Of a stretch of 64,000 nt of DNA, positions 36,304-50,744 are shown piece after piece. The notes beneath the pieces were generated by a model. It was given only the letters and a program-made list of their open reading frames with translations, was not told the DNA's origin and made no database searches. The translations under genes and the position numbers were made by a program. Location of the stretch: NCBI RefSeq assembly GCF_006345805.1, contig NC_043012.1, positions 48,050,001 through 48,114,000 of the forward strand, given 5' to 3'. The number at the start of each line of letters is the position of its first letter. Position 1 is the first letter of the stretch. This stretch comes from Octopus sinensis. Taxonomy: Eukaryota.

Positions 36304-37017
36304 CACACAAACATACAATCGCGCGCACACCTTTACACACTTATACATGTATGTGTGTGTACATATGTTACGTGCACACACACACAGACATATATTTATA
36401 CATATATTATATATGTATTTATATACGTATATTATACATACATATATATGTACTTATATAAGAATATCTATATATTTATACATACATACTATATAAACAC
36501 AAATTAGACGTAGAAACATATGCGTAAGTATAAACACATACCTAGAAATGTATGCTATTGTGTATAATTTTGCATTCTCTGTCTGACTACATGTACTTTT
36601 TAGTAAGGAATATAGCAAATAAGTACCAGCAAACTATTTTAGAATTGTGACATAATTATACGGAATTATTATTGGTGTGTAGAAAAATGTTACGCCCTCG
36701 CATTATAATTCAGCGAAATTGTCATCATGCTCATGAGAATATTATTAAATGCATATGTATAAATGTCTATGTATGTAGGCTTTATTTTTCCCCTAAAATT
36801 TGGGAGCATAATGTCGTGCCACCGATGGAGTTTTCCTTGCGGCATGCAAAATCAGAGAAGCATTCATGTTATATTGTATGATTTATGTGTAATATCATGA
36901 ATATATAAAAAAACTTTTTACTTGGGGATGGGTCGTTTTTTGTGAATTATACACACACTATTTATTTGATCTTCACTTTATTTCGATTATTATTATTATT
37001 ATTAATAATTTTTATGA

Positions 37018-37412
37018 CTGCGTGCTGGCAGAATCGTTAGCACGCCGGGCGAAATGTTAAGTGGTATTTCATCTGCCGCTACATTCTGAGTTCAAATTTC
37101 GCCGAGGTCCACTTTGCCTTTCATCCTTTCGGGGTCGATTAAATAAGAACCAGTTACGCACTGGGGTCGATATAATCGACTTAATCCGTTTGTCCATCTA
37201 TGTTTGTCCCTTCTGTGCGTAGCCCCCTGTGGGTAGTAAAGAAAAAGAAATAGGTATTTCGCCCGTCGCTACGATTTGATTTCATATTCCGCCGAGGTCG
37301 ACTTTGCCTTTCATCTTTTCGAGGTCGATAAATTAAGTACCTGCGAAACACTGGGGTCGAAGTAATCGACTCTCCCCTCCCCCAAAATGGTTGCCCTTGG
37401 GTCAAATTTTGA
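37018..37412 (+). mobile_element. SINE family B, dimeric form
   Basis: Full monomer, linker gtagtaaagaa...ataggtatttcg, then a second headless monomer (ttccgccgaggtcgactttgcctttcatc). Confidence 0.85.
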
Positions 37413-38855
37413 AGAGAAATTTTAATTCATTTATCTCTCAAAATTTTTTGGTCATACATCCTGTGACCTCTTTAACGACACACTGTCCTGTGTGTTTCCT
37501 CTTGCTCTGCCTATTCCATTTTGTCCTTCCGTGATATGAATATGTATCTGTATAAACATTTACGTCTCTATCTGTGCGTGTAAAAATCCGTATCAGTGAG
37601 TGAAAATCATTTTAACAACTTTTTAAAAGTTTACCTTAAGTTTGGCCTGGTTAATTTAAACATATTTGTTCTTTCAGTCTAACATTCATCCACATAGTAA
37701 AAATTTTGAGGATTTGGTTATCTATTTACACTTGATACTTTATAGTTACATAGGTTTGTTAAATTATTGATTTAAGTGGAATCTATTTATCATGAACTAT
37801 TCCCATGAGGTCTTCCGCTAGAAAAAGTTGCCCCTATCACTGATTTCACTTGCCTGACTCGACTTATCTGGCAAAAATCTTTGCGTTCATTCTTGCTATT
37901 TTAAAAAGTAAAATGCATATTGGATTGGACAGTCTGGGACAGAATCAAACGTAGAACGAAGCGAATAGGTCATGGGTAGAATATCATCAATCACAGCTCT
38001 ATTCGGTTTATCACAGTAAATCCATGATATAAACAACAATGACACGAATGTTTACTTTCTAACTGCTCGTGAATACCAGTCCATAGGAAATAAGCTCGGA
38101 GTGAGTCTAATAATTGATTCTAACAGACCTTCCATTTAAATTAATATTGCTTCACACACTCCTCTATTCTCTTTGGTATGTGTAATGAATATCACAGATT
38201 CTTTCCAAGAGGTCCTTAGAATGTTATGCTTGTATGCCGAAACGTATAGGTTCCGTACCACAAAACCTACTTATCATAGACTTTTATTAAACTGCTACCT
38301 TTACGCTGTTGATGCACAGCGTAATAAATTCGATTTCATGTTTATATTTAGGGAAGAACATAGAGAAATACGATTAACTGTTTCACTGGAACATTTCTGT
38401 CAATGTATAATTATTCCTAAAAGTATTTGTATACATAAAACTATAAATCTCTCATTGGTTCAGGGACTGTATCCTATCACAAGGTGATACGATAGTTGTA
38501 TTTGCTCTCAGTTCAATGAACTATTATTGGACGATACTCTTGAATAGTTTCCTATCATTTATTCATGGCCTGTAGGTGAATTTAAATTCAGTATTCCAAG
38601 AGAAGAGAGCTACTTATTAATGGTGTGTTTCTTCTCTATTCAGTAGAATGTAGTATGGAGTCATGGTTCCTTTTACGACAAGCATATGTGCATTGTGTTA
38701 GAAGAACATTGTGATTGTCAGCTTAGCATAGTAGCTTTGGATTTTGACCTTAGCTTAGACCATAATATAAATGTTGGTGTACGAACTCTTAACACCAAAT
38801 CAAATCAGCAAATCTAGACTAGGGTATTTAGAAAACACACGACTGCGCGCGCATA

Positions 38856-38887
<32 letters not shown>

Positions 38888-39123
38888 TATATTATATATA
38901 TATATATATGTAGTTGAAATTATTTATCTTCTCACTAAAAACCAATAAAAACAATAATATAGTAGGATTCTTCGAAGAAGAAGAAACATCTGTAGTTGAC
39001 GAGTTAGAATATCTTCGAATATCTTTTAAAGATGGCTGACTGAAAATTACAATTCTTTCATCGTCACATTTTCATTCGTCTGATCCACTTTACACTAATG
39101 TCTATCTCATATTTCCCCTCTAG

Positions 39124-39222
39124 TTAATGATATCATTTCGAGAAGAGATTTTTACAAAGATACTCAAAGCTAACACCAGATTTGAATTCACAGAGGTGAG
39201 GAAGATTGCTGAAGAAACCGAT
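39124..39222 (+). CDS. Candidate internal coding exon (LMISFREEIFTKILKANTRFEFTEVRKIAEETD)
   Basis: Pyrimidine-rich acceptor atttcccctctAG, 99 bp open only in phase 0, donor GAT|GTATGT; no homology recognised. Confidence 0.4.
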
Positions 39223-39321
39223 GTATGTTTTTATATATATACATAGATATACACATATAAATACATGCATACAAACATACATACATACATACATACATAC
39301 ATACATACATACATACATACA

Positions 39322-39380
<59 letters not shown>

Positions 39381-40808
39381 GTATATTTTATATATATACA
39401 TATAGATATATACATATATATGTACACACACATATGTATGTATGTATGTATGTATGTATATATATATATATGTATATTTAAATATACATACATTTGTTAT
39501 ATGTGCCTATATACGTTTTAATGGATGTATGGATGGGTGTGAATATGTCTGTATGTAAGTATGCAAGTATAATATATATAGGTGTTGCTTTGTGTTATAT
39601 CGTTACCGCGTTACGATCTTCGTCGAATGCTTGGAATTGCTCAGAGGAAGATAAAAGATTCATCGATAGATATTTAGTGGTGTTCCGTTGCATCTAACAA
39701 GATAAATAAGATTTTACCTTTGATAATTTACCAGTGTCAGAAGTGTTGGTATAATATATGCAAGGATATGTATGCTTCTGTGTGTGTATAGGTGTGTTTT
39801 GCACTGTATTTGGATATAGAAAAGGATATATACAAATTTAACTACATATATTTGTGAGATTTTATGAGTTTTTATGCGTATGTGTGTACAAGTGTATATC
39901 AGAAAAACAGTGTTGCTCTAGAGCTTGAAAATGTATAAAAATTTGTGAATTGGAGTTCATACATATATATGTGATACCATGACTATAATTTACATGATTA
40001 CATATTTATTTTCTGCCTTTTTTCTTGTTTTTTTTTATTCTGAACATATTTGTTTCACGAAACTTATATTTCATATCGGCCACCAGCACAAGTATTTGCC
40101 ATACAGATCTTCATTTGAATCTAAGTGGCACTTTTCTTCCTATAGATGGAAAGAAATCTTAATATTTGTTAAGAAATATTAATATTTGTTGGTGTTTTAC
40201 TGAGGCCTTCCAAGCAGGAACAAATTCAGTACAAGCACACGAAGCAGTAGGGTTCGATATAAACATATGTATATTCATTTTTAAAACGCTATTTCTCAAC
40301 AGACCATGACAGCCATTCACCTTCAGGTTTTGTTTCGGAGAAAATATTCTTGCAATAGATGTAAAAGCAAATCGAAGGGAACTCTGCATAACGTCTGCAG
40401 ACTACTAACGACGGCGTATCGGCATGTTTGTGCCTCTTTAGTGGCAGATACTATCACGGCAATTTGAATCTAAACAGCGGAGAGATAAAAGTAAATATAA
40501 ATATATCCACAGTACATGCACGTGTCTAGTGTACATAATGTTTATTTTAATATATTTATGGTAAGTGCGTCTAAATTAAGACACAAGTAGAAAGATTTTC
40601 AGCCGAAAGATAAATAAAAGATACTTGAACAGAACTAAGCTATAATCACTAAAGCAACATACAACGTAGGTGCTGAGATGAAAATATTTTCATGAGGTAT
40701 CGGTGAATCCAAATGCCATTTGCACGTAGATAATTTAGGCAATATGCGTTATCAAATTAATGATAAACCCATGTTGATATATATATATAATATATATATA
40801 TATATATG

Positions 40809-40868
<60 letters not shown>

Positions 40869-40989
40869 AGAGAGAGAGAAACAGAGAGTGAGGGGGAAAG
40901 TGAGAAATACATACATCCATGCATACATACACTGGCATATATATATATATATATATACATGCGTGTGTGTGTATACTATTACCATTGTT

Positions 40990-42195
40990 GTAGGTGTTAT
41001 ATTTTTCGTTTGATTTCCCTTTTAGTTCATCTGTCGGTCTGATCTCAACCACTGACCAAAGCACATATCTATTAGATGGACAAGGACTTCCTGAGAAGGT
41101 GAGCAGTCGATGTCAACAGAATTTTTTGAACCGCGTACATTGTTGTTTTCCCTGGGATTTGGGCAAAAAAATCTGTGGGTACCATCCTTAAACATTCTCA
41201 TGGCACCCACAACTGCAAGACTAAATAAAATATCACGTTCTAGATATCTCAATCCAAACGTCCTTCTATTTTGTTAGTTTTTCAAATTCTTTTGTTGGGA
41301 TGTTTCTCTGAATCGGTACCGTCATAATCAATGAACATGCATATTTTTCTCTCTTATGTCTTTGATGATGATGTTATCCATTTGCCTGCCTGCATGGTAA
41401 AAGGAGGGTAACAGTCTCGTCCTCAATGGCTGGCTGTAGATGGTGTTCATATAATTTCTTAGATTACAGGGTATCATAGTGACAACAAATAATTCTCTAG
41501 TGAAAGTATCGACTAACTCAATCATACTTGGTTTTATATTCTGTAGCAGTGAGGACTAAGCAACCGACAACTGAGATGTCAATGCTCTCAAGTGTGTTAT
41601 AACAGAATCAACATTTTGTGTCTGCCTCATTGTGCAAGACATTAGCCTGATAGTTCCGGGCGAATAGAGTCTGATATTGAGCCGCTCGTATAAATCCTTC
41701 TGTTTCAGCTTCCAAATCAGTGTTCTGCAGCCACTGATGGGTTCTCTTCATATCAGTTTCCTCAACTCATTTGAGGTATTGCCCATGCAATCGCATTTCA
41801 TGCCACAGTCTGGACACTTCTTTCAAGCTTTCCTATTTGGCTTTACTCTTACACATTTTGCTTCTTTAGCGGGTGGTGTGTCATCAATATTATCATCATC
41901 ATCAGGGAAGTTAATCTCTCCTATGTATTTAAACGCTTCCTTTCTGACTGAGTGCAGTTCCTTATCTTGTTTTTGTTTTTTTTTTCCTTTACCTGGTCTT
42001 ATCATCCAGTCCCTGTTACTTTGGATGTACACTTAGTTCTATCTTGGTCATTTTATATGATGTTTAAAGTTTGATTAGGCCTCTACGGTCCGATTTTCAT
42101 GTGTGATAGAGCTTGTTGGCGTCATTTTTCTGGTGATGCATTTTGTTCAATGTAAGAAATTTCCTTGTCTTTATATCCATACATCTGAGTTCACT
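40990..42195 (-). mobile_element. R4/Dong-like (restriction-like endonuclease) non-LTR element, 5'-truncated and decayed
   Basis: Minus strand DIKTRKFLTLNKMHHQKNDANKLY...RRGL (RT C-terminus), RNYQANVLHNEADTKC.FC...ESID..VVGC.VL..TEY (CCHC region) and VVGAMRMFK. Confidence 0.8.
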
Positions 42196-42201
42196 CAAAT
42201 T

Positions 42202-42367
42202 TTGCTGTGAAAATCAGAGTAAAGGAATCCCCTAAAAAAAAAAGAAGAACGAACATCAATCACTGGAGATGTAACAAGCACAGCCCAATTTCTGTTGTGC
42301 CTGTTACATTTCCAATGATTGGTGTTTCTTGTTTTAGAGAATTTTTCGACTCTGATTTTCACAGCAA
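42202..42367. repeat. Fold-back element (arms about 75 bp) abutting the R4-like 5' end
   Basis: ttgctgtgaaaatcagagt...tggagatgtaacaagcaca mirrored by tgtgcctgttacatttcca...actctgattttcacagcaa. Confidence 0.8.
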
Positions 42368-42442
42368 TGCTGACACCTCTTTGCCTTATATATATGTGTG
42401 TGTGTGTGTATAAATATATACATACATATATATATATATATA

Positions 42443-42544
<102 letters not shown>

Positions 42545-42820
42545 GATATATATATTATATATAACATGGTATTCTTTCTCTCCTCATTCTCACAATGTGT
42601 TTACCTGTCCCTTATTTTCTCTGCTTCCACTTCCAACACAAGAACTTGTACTTTCACACACGGATTCAATATTTCGCTGCATTCCAGGTTTTGTTTGAGA
42701 CTAAGTGTATTTTTTTTTTTTTTTGCCATAGCACAAATTTATTTTTGTTTCCAATGGAAAAAAAACTTATATATTATTATTTCATTCCTCCATTGCTGTT
42801 TGTCTGTTTTATGCCTCTAG

Positions 42821-42885
42821 GTTTTGAGCCTGATGTCGTAAAACAAGACTTCGTTTTATTCTGTATTGAACCTGTCTCATTCCAG
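42821..42885 (+). CDS. Candidate internal coding exon ((G)FEPDVVKQDFVLFCIEPVSFQ)
   Basis: Long pyrimidine tract ending atgcctctAG, 65 bp open in phase 1 to 0, strong donor CAG|GTAAGC; no homology recognised. Confidence 0.4.
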
Positions 42886-43081
42886 GTAAGCGACACCATT
42901 GTTGCAGGCGATGAAACCGTTTATCCATGAGTGTTTCATTGTGTTTCCCGCTAAATGGCGCACGTATCTTTTCTACTTACACACGTACAGACGCAGCCAC
43001 GCATGTTAAATGCATAAAATATATGTGCATGTGTGTATATGAATACATATCTATGAATGTCACTATACGCATGCATGCAAG

Positions 43082-43128
<47 letters not shown>

Positions 43129-43140
43129 TATATCTATATA

Positions 43141-43171
<31 letters not shown>

Positions 43172-44069
43172 CTATATATATATATGTGGTGTGTGTGTGT
43201 GTTCTGCGTTGCTTTCTGCGTTTCTGAGTATCTGTGGGTAATTATACATATATACATATATATATATACATATACATATACATGTATATGATGCACAAAT
43301 ATATAATACGTAAATCCAATATGAATATTTTATTAAATATAACACAAAGTGAATTTCTGAAGCCTAGTCATCAGTTTAATATATCACTATATAATCTATT
43401 CCAACCGGTTCATCAATATGCTGAATGATAAGTGATATGGTTAGTATAATCATGAAATAGGTTAGTGATATTAAATTTCGATATTCCTATTCTCGTGTAG
43501 GGTGAATTAACTCAGCGTTTCCAGCTATCTTCAATTCGGAAAGTGTTTAAAGTACATTCTGCTAATTGCTTTGCTCTCTGTTCTTTCCCATCACAACTGG
43601 CTGATAATTTATCTGAGATACGATTCCTACCATTCCACCTACACATTGTTCTACTGTCGGTATCGCCATGTGAACACAGTAATCTTAATCGCAGATAAAA
43701 ACAAGATGATTGCTCAGTTATTCTGGCGTATTGACACCAATGGATGATAGAACTAAACTTATTTAAATAGCTTTAGTATATGTTTGGAGAATTTTTAAAG
43801 GAATATATTGTTCATATCACGCTGCAGTACTATCAACCCGTTCCTTGATTCCTATTGTAGTTTCTCATTAACTATGTTGTTCTCCTACACTTCGACGTTC
43901 ACAAATGTATATAAATATTGCTTCCAAATGATACACCCCCCCACACACACAACTACATGCATATATATCTATGCATGTTTTTGTATTATAGTGTGTGTAT
44001 GTTTTTCATGAATGTATTCATATATACTAATATGCACACATGTGTACATATACACATACATATACCATG

Positions 44070-44116
<47 letters not shown>

Positions 44117-44191
44117 TAAATATACATAATATATATATATATATAAAGATACATACATGCATATACATATATTAATATATACATATATATT

Positions 44192-44227
<36 letters not shown>

Positions 44228-44242
44228 GTATATATATACTAC

Positions 44243-44300
<58 letters not shown>

Positions 44301-44581
44301 ATACGCGTATCATTGTAACATAAAATTCAGACAGATAAAAATGTCAAAACAAATTAGTGATTGACATCTAACCCGTTTTCCTTATTTTCATTCTCGTTTC
44401 TCTACAGACATAAAATTATATATACAGGATACTGCATGGATTTACACACGCAAACGCATAAACGCATACGCTCTAACAGAAACTTGAATACGTATATGCA
44501 GCGTAGATCAGAACATACATACATACACACGTACACGGACGCCCGCGCACACACACACATTATATACATATATGGGCATTG

Positions 44582-44620
<39 letters not shown>

Positions 44621-44697
44621 GAACATGCATCATATATATATATACATATGTATATACATATATATATGTATATATATTATATATATATACATACCTA

Positions 44698-44739
<42 letters not shown>

Positions 44740-44943
44740 TATATAATATTATATTGTGTGTGTATATACATATCCACACACATTTATATGGGCATGTGTG
44801 TATTATGCCTGTGCCATTTTCTATATGATGTTCTGCGTTGAATATTTATGCAATATACGAATCTACAAAATTAGCATATAGATCTCTTTCAGCGTCTCTT
44901 TGTTCTCCCTATATACATACATACATACACACACACCACACAT

Positions 44944-45042
<99 letters not shown>

Positions 45043-47566
45043 GGATACATATATATATATAAACGTATGTATGTATAATCCTCTATACCGCAATCATCCA
45101 CAGTTATTGGAAAATTCATTTCATGTGCAGTTAGTTACAACACCTATGTTATAGCTGAATGACTCATGCATGTTTTACACATACATGCTTAATGTATTTT
45201 CACGCTGAATATATTTAGCGTTGTTTCCATATACCCAACTACCATTACATATAGTACGTCCAGAATATACTCTCGTTTATCAACTATAGTTCTTGGACAG
45301 CTTATACAGAACGTATCGTGGAAATTAAATTACATTATACAATCGAATGAGACTTGCATCTATTTTCGGTTCCAACGCTCTGTTCAATCTATGAGTTCTG
45401 ACATATTCATAAAGCTGAAACTGGAAGTTGCGACTTCAAAGTAATTTCTAAATGTTTTTGCCAAAGACCAATGCTAACTGTGGAACTATATCACACCAGA
45501 TCAAGGTCGTTGCTAATCCACACCTACGATGCACTTTTCGTAGGATGTAGGTATTGTATTTTGAATATGATGGTAAGTTATAGATGATACTAATCGAATC
45601 AGTGGGAAAGTGGAAGATTTCAAACAATATTACTCAGTTTTTTTTCATTCCGTGTGGTTGTTGCCTTATGAGGAATAGAAACCAAATTCATTCATAGCGG
45701 AAATAACTGAATCGACCTGAATATATCTACCTTTAGATAATTCATCCTATGTAGGATATATAATGTCAATTTTAGTAAGGTTTGAAAACAGATCGGAGAA
45801 ATAAAATCGAAACCCTTTGAAGTATGAAGTCTTTTCTCTGTATACCGTAAGTTCAAATTCTGCAAAGAGACTAAATAAATCTTTTGTCTTTCTGAGAGCG
45901 AATAAAACAGAACGCGGGGCATATGTCGGTGTACTTCTTCCCCTTTAGTTTGTGCAATTATAACAATGTATATAAAATTATTCACCGAAACATATACGGG
46001 ACTTCTAGACCTACTTGAAATAGCCGGAGAAAATTCCAAGTTTGGTTACGTCAGCCAAACAATAAAGTAGTGGATTCTCTGAAGCCAACTTGTCTTCATG
46101 TTTTCTTGTTGGTTTACCAAAAGCGTTGAAGAAATGACGGGTTTTTCGCTCAAAACACCTAGTTTTGTTTTTATCTTTTCGCCAGTTTGAGCGCTTCCTC
46201 CATATCACTTTCAAGTATTGCTTCTATATTCTTATCGGCCAATTTTTTTGTTCTTAATTTTATCGGCTACGAATATCGGTTCCAACAATTCTATTAGTGT
46301 TAGGAAAGTGAGATTCCATGGCGATTTATGTGTTTCTCAAATACAATACTGTGATATACAAGAGATAATTGAATTGTGAATCAAATCGAATGCGTTGCCC
46401 CAGCATGGCCACAGCTCATAAGCTGAAACTAGAATCAATCAATCAATTAATCTGTGATTAAGTTTATTTAACCAATCTCTACAGGTAAATGAAGGGACTC
46501 CTACATGGTCACATGACTTGGAGGAACAGCAGCACTCTAATTGCTCTTACATTACATCCTTACCATCTTAAGAAAGGGATAAAAACACTGAATAATATAG
46601 TCGTAAAGAATAAATGAGAGAAAAAATAGACGGAATAGTATCAGTTAGTATGATTTTCTTTCTAAGTCTTCGAAATCAGAGTTGATTGAAAGACAATAAC
46701 TGCTACAGAACGGCTGCACAGAAACAAACTAAACAGTAGAGTTCATACCAACCACTGCGTGTCGTCGTGTCCAGCATGGATCTCAACTAGACATCTTTGG
46801 TATGCGATACCATTACTCTCTGCACAGGATAGCATCCACTATGGCCGTACGATAGGCGATTATATGGTCGATCTAAAAAGAAAGCTCGTGTGAACTTATC
46901 TTGTAGTTGGTCACGGCGCTAAACTGGAAATAAAGAGTAGCAAATACATCAATAGCAGCTGCAGCAATGCACCAACGCTCGTAGACACGACTGGTAGCGG
47001 ATCTTTTGTTCTGTCTAATCTCCTGTTGATCTTAATATTGAATTATCGTGGATTCAATGACGTCACTTGTGGGGTGAACCATGAAATGTTTCATGATTTT
47101 CCTAAGAATATATTTGATTGAGAATTTACGATAAAAATACCAATTCATAACAGCTCATAGAGTCGTTAGTTTTCAGACACGAATCGGCAATTAGAATTAC
47201 TTGTATTAAAACTAGATATGTTATTCACATATTTGCTGGCAATTCACAACATATAACAGAGAGATACGAGACCAGAGATTAAGGGATGGCGGGGAGGTAA
47301 AGGAAATAGCTGAGTGAGGTAGATATATGAACAGAATGGATATCAACAGATAACTAAACTTATACACATATGGATAGGAATAAATATCGAAATTGAGAAG
47401 TGATACAGATAGAAAGATCGACTGATGAATAACGAATTGGCAGATTCAATATATCGTAGCAAATTATTCACTGCGTTTCTACGCCTCTCTCAAACTCTCT
47501 CTCGCGCGCGTGCTTTTGTTTCTCTGGCTTAGAAACAATATGCTAAGAAACATGGGGTCCACTCAC

Positions 47567-47652
47567 CACTTCCTTTCTCTTGAGAAATACAGGTGTAGGG
47601 ACTGCCCATCAGTCCCTTCTTTTCGAAAAAAATAACTGATATCCTTTTGAAA
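47567..47652 (-). CDS. Candidate exon (FQKDISYFFRKEGTDGQSLHLYFSRERK, or alternative open frame)
   Basis: Acceptor ttCTGACtttttacAG with a branch-like CTGAC, donor GTG|GTGAGT, two of three frames open. Confidence 0.33.
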
Positions 47653-48115
47653 CTGTAAAAAGTCAGAATGATGTGCAGCACACCACGAAATATATATATA
47701 TATATATATATGTATACGTGGGAGGTTTGTTTATCTCTACGTTTATAAGCGCATTTAAAACAGTGTCTTTGCTAAAACAGTGAAAGTGCATAGTAACAAT
47801 ACTCTGCCACCATTTAAGTAGATCATTCAAATGACGAAAGCAGGTACGAATCTATACTATAATTGTTATGAAGCTTCAGTTAGACATTGAAATTCACAAT
47901 AGTTTGTTTGGAAAGATCCACTCGCATTTCTATAATCATAGGATATTTGTACAAATGATAGAGGAACATACAATCAGATAAATATACACGGTTACATGTA
48001 TGTGTGTGGGTGTGATTGTGTGCGTTGGTGTGACTGGAGCTGTTTGTCTATATATATATATATATATAATATAAATGTATGTATATAGTTTGTTAGTTAG
48101 TAGTTAGTAAATCTT

Positions 48116-48215
48116 GCATTACTACGTACGTTTCACTGTTGGTGCAAGTCTTAAAAATGGCAAACTTTTGCGATGTCACCGTCAACAACATTACGTCCTC
48201 GCAGCCCACAACACA
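48116..48215 (+). repeat. Dispersed repeat, second copy inverted at 56212-56315
   Basis: gcattactacgtacgtttcactgttggtgcaagtcttaaaaatggcaaac...aacattacg matches the reverse complement of 56212-56315; both abut (CA)n. Confidence 0.7.
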
Positions 48216-49511
48216 CACACTGACACACACACACACACACACCACACACACACACACACACACACCACACACACACACACACAACACACACACACAGACT
48301 CACTGATATGCGTCTATGTATTTTTACATGATAGTTCTTACTCAGCAGATTTACAAAGAAATCTTTATTATGCTCAGTGTTCGTAGGGTAATTAATTAAA
48401 TGAGGGAGACAGATGATGGAAGATACGAGAATCTTTATAAGATTACTGCTATGGTTTCTCCCAATTTGCCATCGATCCATCGCAGATGGTGTACAGCATA
48501 ACTATTTTAGGTATATTGCTCGGTGTAAAATTAACTCCGTTTCGCACAACTTATTCCTTCATATCTTCATATCTTGTTCTTCGTAGATACAAATGGCAAA
48601 TTGACGGATGCAGTTTCATTCTTATAGAAGCTCAATAGCAAAAACCAGATACAAAAGTAAACAAATACGTAATAAAGCGAAAAAAATATTATATAGCCGT
48701 TAGTAGATAGGGATGTACAAGCGTCCACACATTCGTGGTCTGGTGCACTTACACACACTCGCACACAGAATTAAGTAAGCATTAATAAAGTCGGTGTCGA
48801 TGGCTAGGGATACGATACTGCTTGGTGAGGGGTCACACATTCTGCGCTGCGCTCCACTGGGTTTTCATCACGTATATTTTTGGCACACGTACACTAATAA
48901 TTACGAACATAAGTATCGAAATATACTCATACCTACTCACACACACATTGTCACACACTCCAGTATAGTATATTGCTATATGTATAAGTACGAAAACGTA
49001 CATATCTACAGAGTTCTATGTATATATATATAAATGTATGCATAGTCACGTTAACATACATACATAGACGCATCTTCGTGGATTTATATTTTCACACATT
49101 TAACACATTTCTGTACAAAGATACTTCCATATCTATACAAGTGTATACGAATAGGTACATAAATGTATAAAACTGTGGATAGGTAACCATATAAGTACCC
49201 ACAGATGAATCAGACACACGGCCACGAGTACGTTTTGAGAAGACGAGGCAAGTGTGATTACCCAATAAAATAAACAACAAAATGGCGTAAGTCGACATCA
49301 CACAACGAAATCCATACATATAATGTAGTCCCTGATTGTATATTCTATCGAGACATATTGGTTGTACTTGCATGCATATGTAGTCTACGATGGAGTGTAG
49401 AGTAGAAAGAATACACCTAAGCAGTTGTAGAGTAACCTGCCCGCGAGGGATCGACGCTAGATGAGTCGAAACATTTGTAGTAATCAATATTTTCCTAACT
49501 CCTAACTTCCG

Positions 49512-49619
49512 TCTGTCCCACTGCGTAGCACCTTGGGCGAGTGTCTTCTACTACAGTCTCGGGCCGACCAAAGACTTGTGAGTGGATTTGGTAGACGGAA
49601 ATGCAAGAATCCCGTCGTA

Positions 49620-49688
<69 letters not shown>

Positions 49689-49908
49689 TGTGTATCTGGG
49701 TTTGTCACCTCCAACATCGCTTGACAACCGATGTTGGTGAGTTTACGTCTCCGTCACTTAGCAGTTCGGCAAAAGAGACCAATAGCATAAGTACTAGGCT
49801 TACAAAGAATAAGTCCTAGGGTCGACATGCTCGACTAAAGGCGGTGCTCCAGCAAGGCCACAGTCAAATGGCTGAAACAAGTAAAAGAGTAGAAGAGAGA
49901 GTAAAGAG
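49512..49908 (+). mobile_element. SINE family A, lacking the A-box head
   Basis: Starts at gtcccactgcgtagcaccttggg and ends in the aagtaaaagag tail. Confidence 0.88.
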
Positions 49909-49968
<60 letters not shown>

Positions 49969-50021
49969 TGTATGTATGTATGTATGTATGCATGTATGTG
50001 TGTGTATATGTTTTACAATGG

Positions 50022-50183
50022 CTCTGGTGTGTTTACGTTCCTGTAACTTACCCGTTCGGCCAAAGAGAACCATAGAATAAGTACTAGTCTTACAAAGAGT
50101 AAGTCCTGGGGTCGAATTGCTCGACTAAAGGCGGTGCTCCAGCACATCCGCAGTCAAATGACTGAAACAAGTAAAATAAAAGA
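50022..50183 (+). mobile_element. SINE family A, 3' half
   Basis: ggtgtgtttacgttcctgtaac...gactgaaacaagtaaaa. Confidence 0.85.
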
Positions 50184-50189
50184 ATATGT

Positions 50190-50223
<34 letters not shown>

Positions 50224-50663
50224 CACACACACATATATAAACAAAAGGTCTCCAAAGAGTGTGGTGTTGGTGTGTATCAACTTGACTTGTATTATTTAAT
50301 AAAATCAATAGAGAGAAGACAGTAAATTTTCTGTGTAGAGCGGGAAACGCAAGGTTTCGGAAAGAGTTTTTCTTCCGGGAAACTTTGACAAGAGGGAAAT
50401 TAATGGATCAATGGGAGACAGTGCAATTATACATCCTCTGAGGTATACAATTCTACTGCCTGTAATTAATCTATCTCCCATCAACTTTTCCCTGACAATG
50501 GACATTGTCCGAACTGTTTCGTTTCTCCCAATACATGGCAAGCTTGCTTTCCTCTATTTCTACCATTTTCACTATTTGTGTTGTGACGGGTTGCGTGCGT
50601 ATGTAGATATATGTGTGTGTCTATATAGATATATGTATGTATGTGTGTCTATATATATATGTA

Positions 50664-50714
<51 letters not shown>

Positions 50715-50744
50715 GTGTATGTGTGTGTATATGTATATATATTT

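Noticed and set aside
40146-40182. Strong acceptor cttttcttcctatAG followed by RWKEILIFVKKY-stop
   Set aside because: The phase does not match the 39124-39222 candidate and the segment is too short to assess.
45690-46270. Possible piggyBac-like N-terminal remnant (LADKNIEAILESD..., DLFSLF)
   Set aside because: Similarity too weak and fragmented; no TTAA/TIR ends identified.
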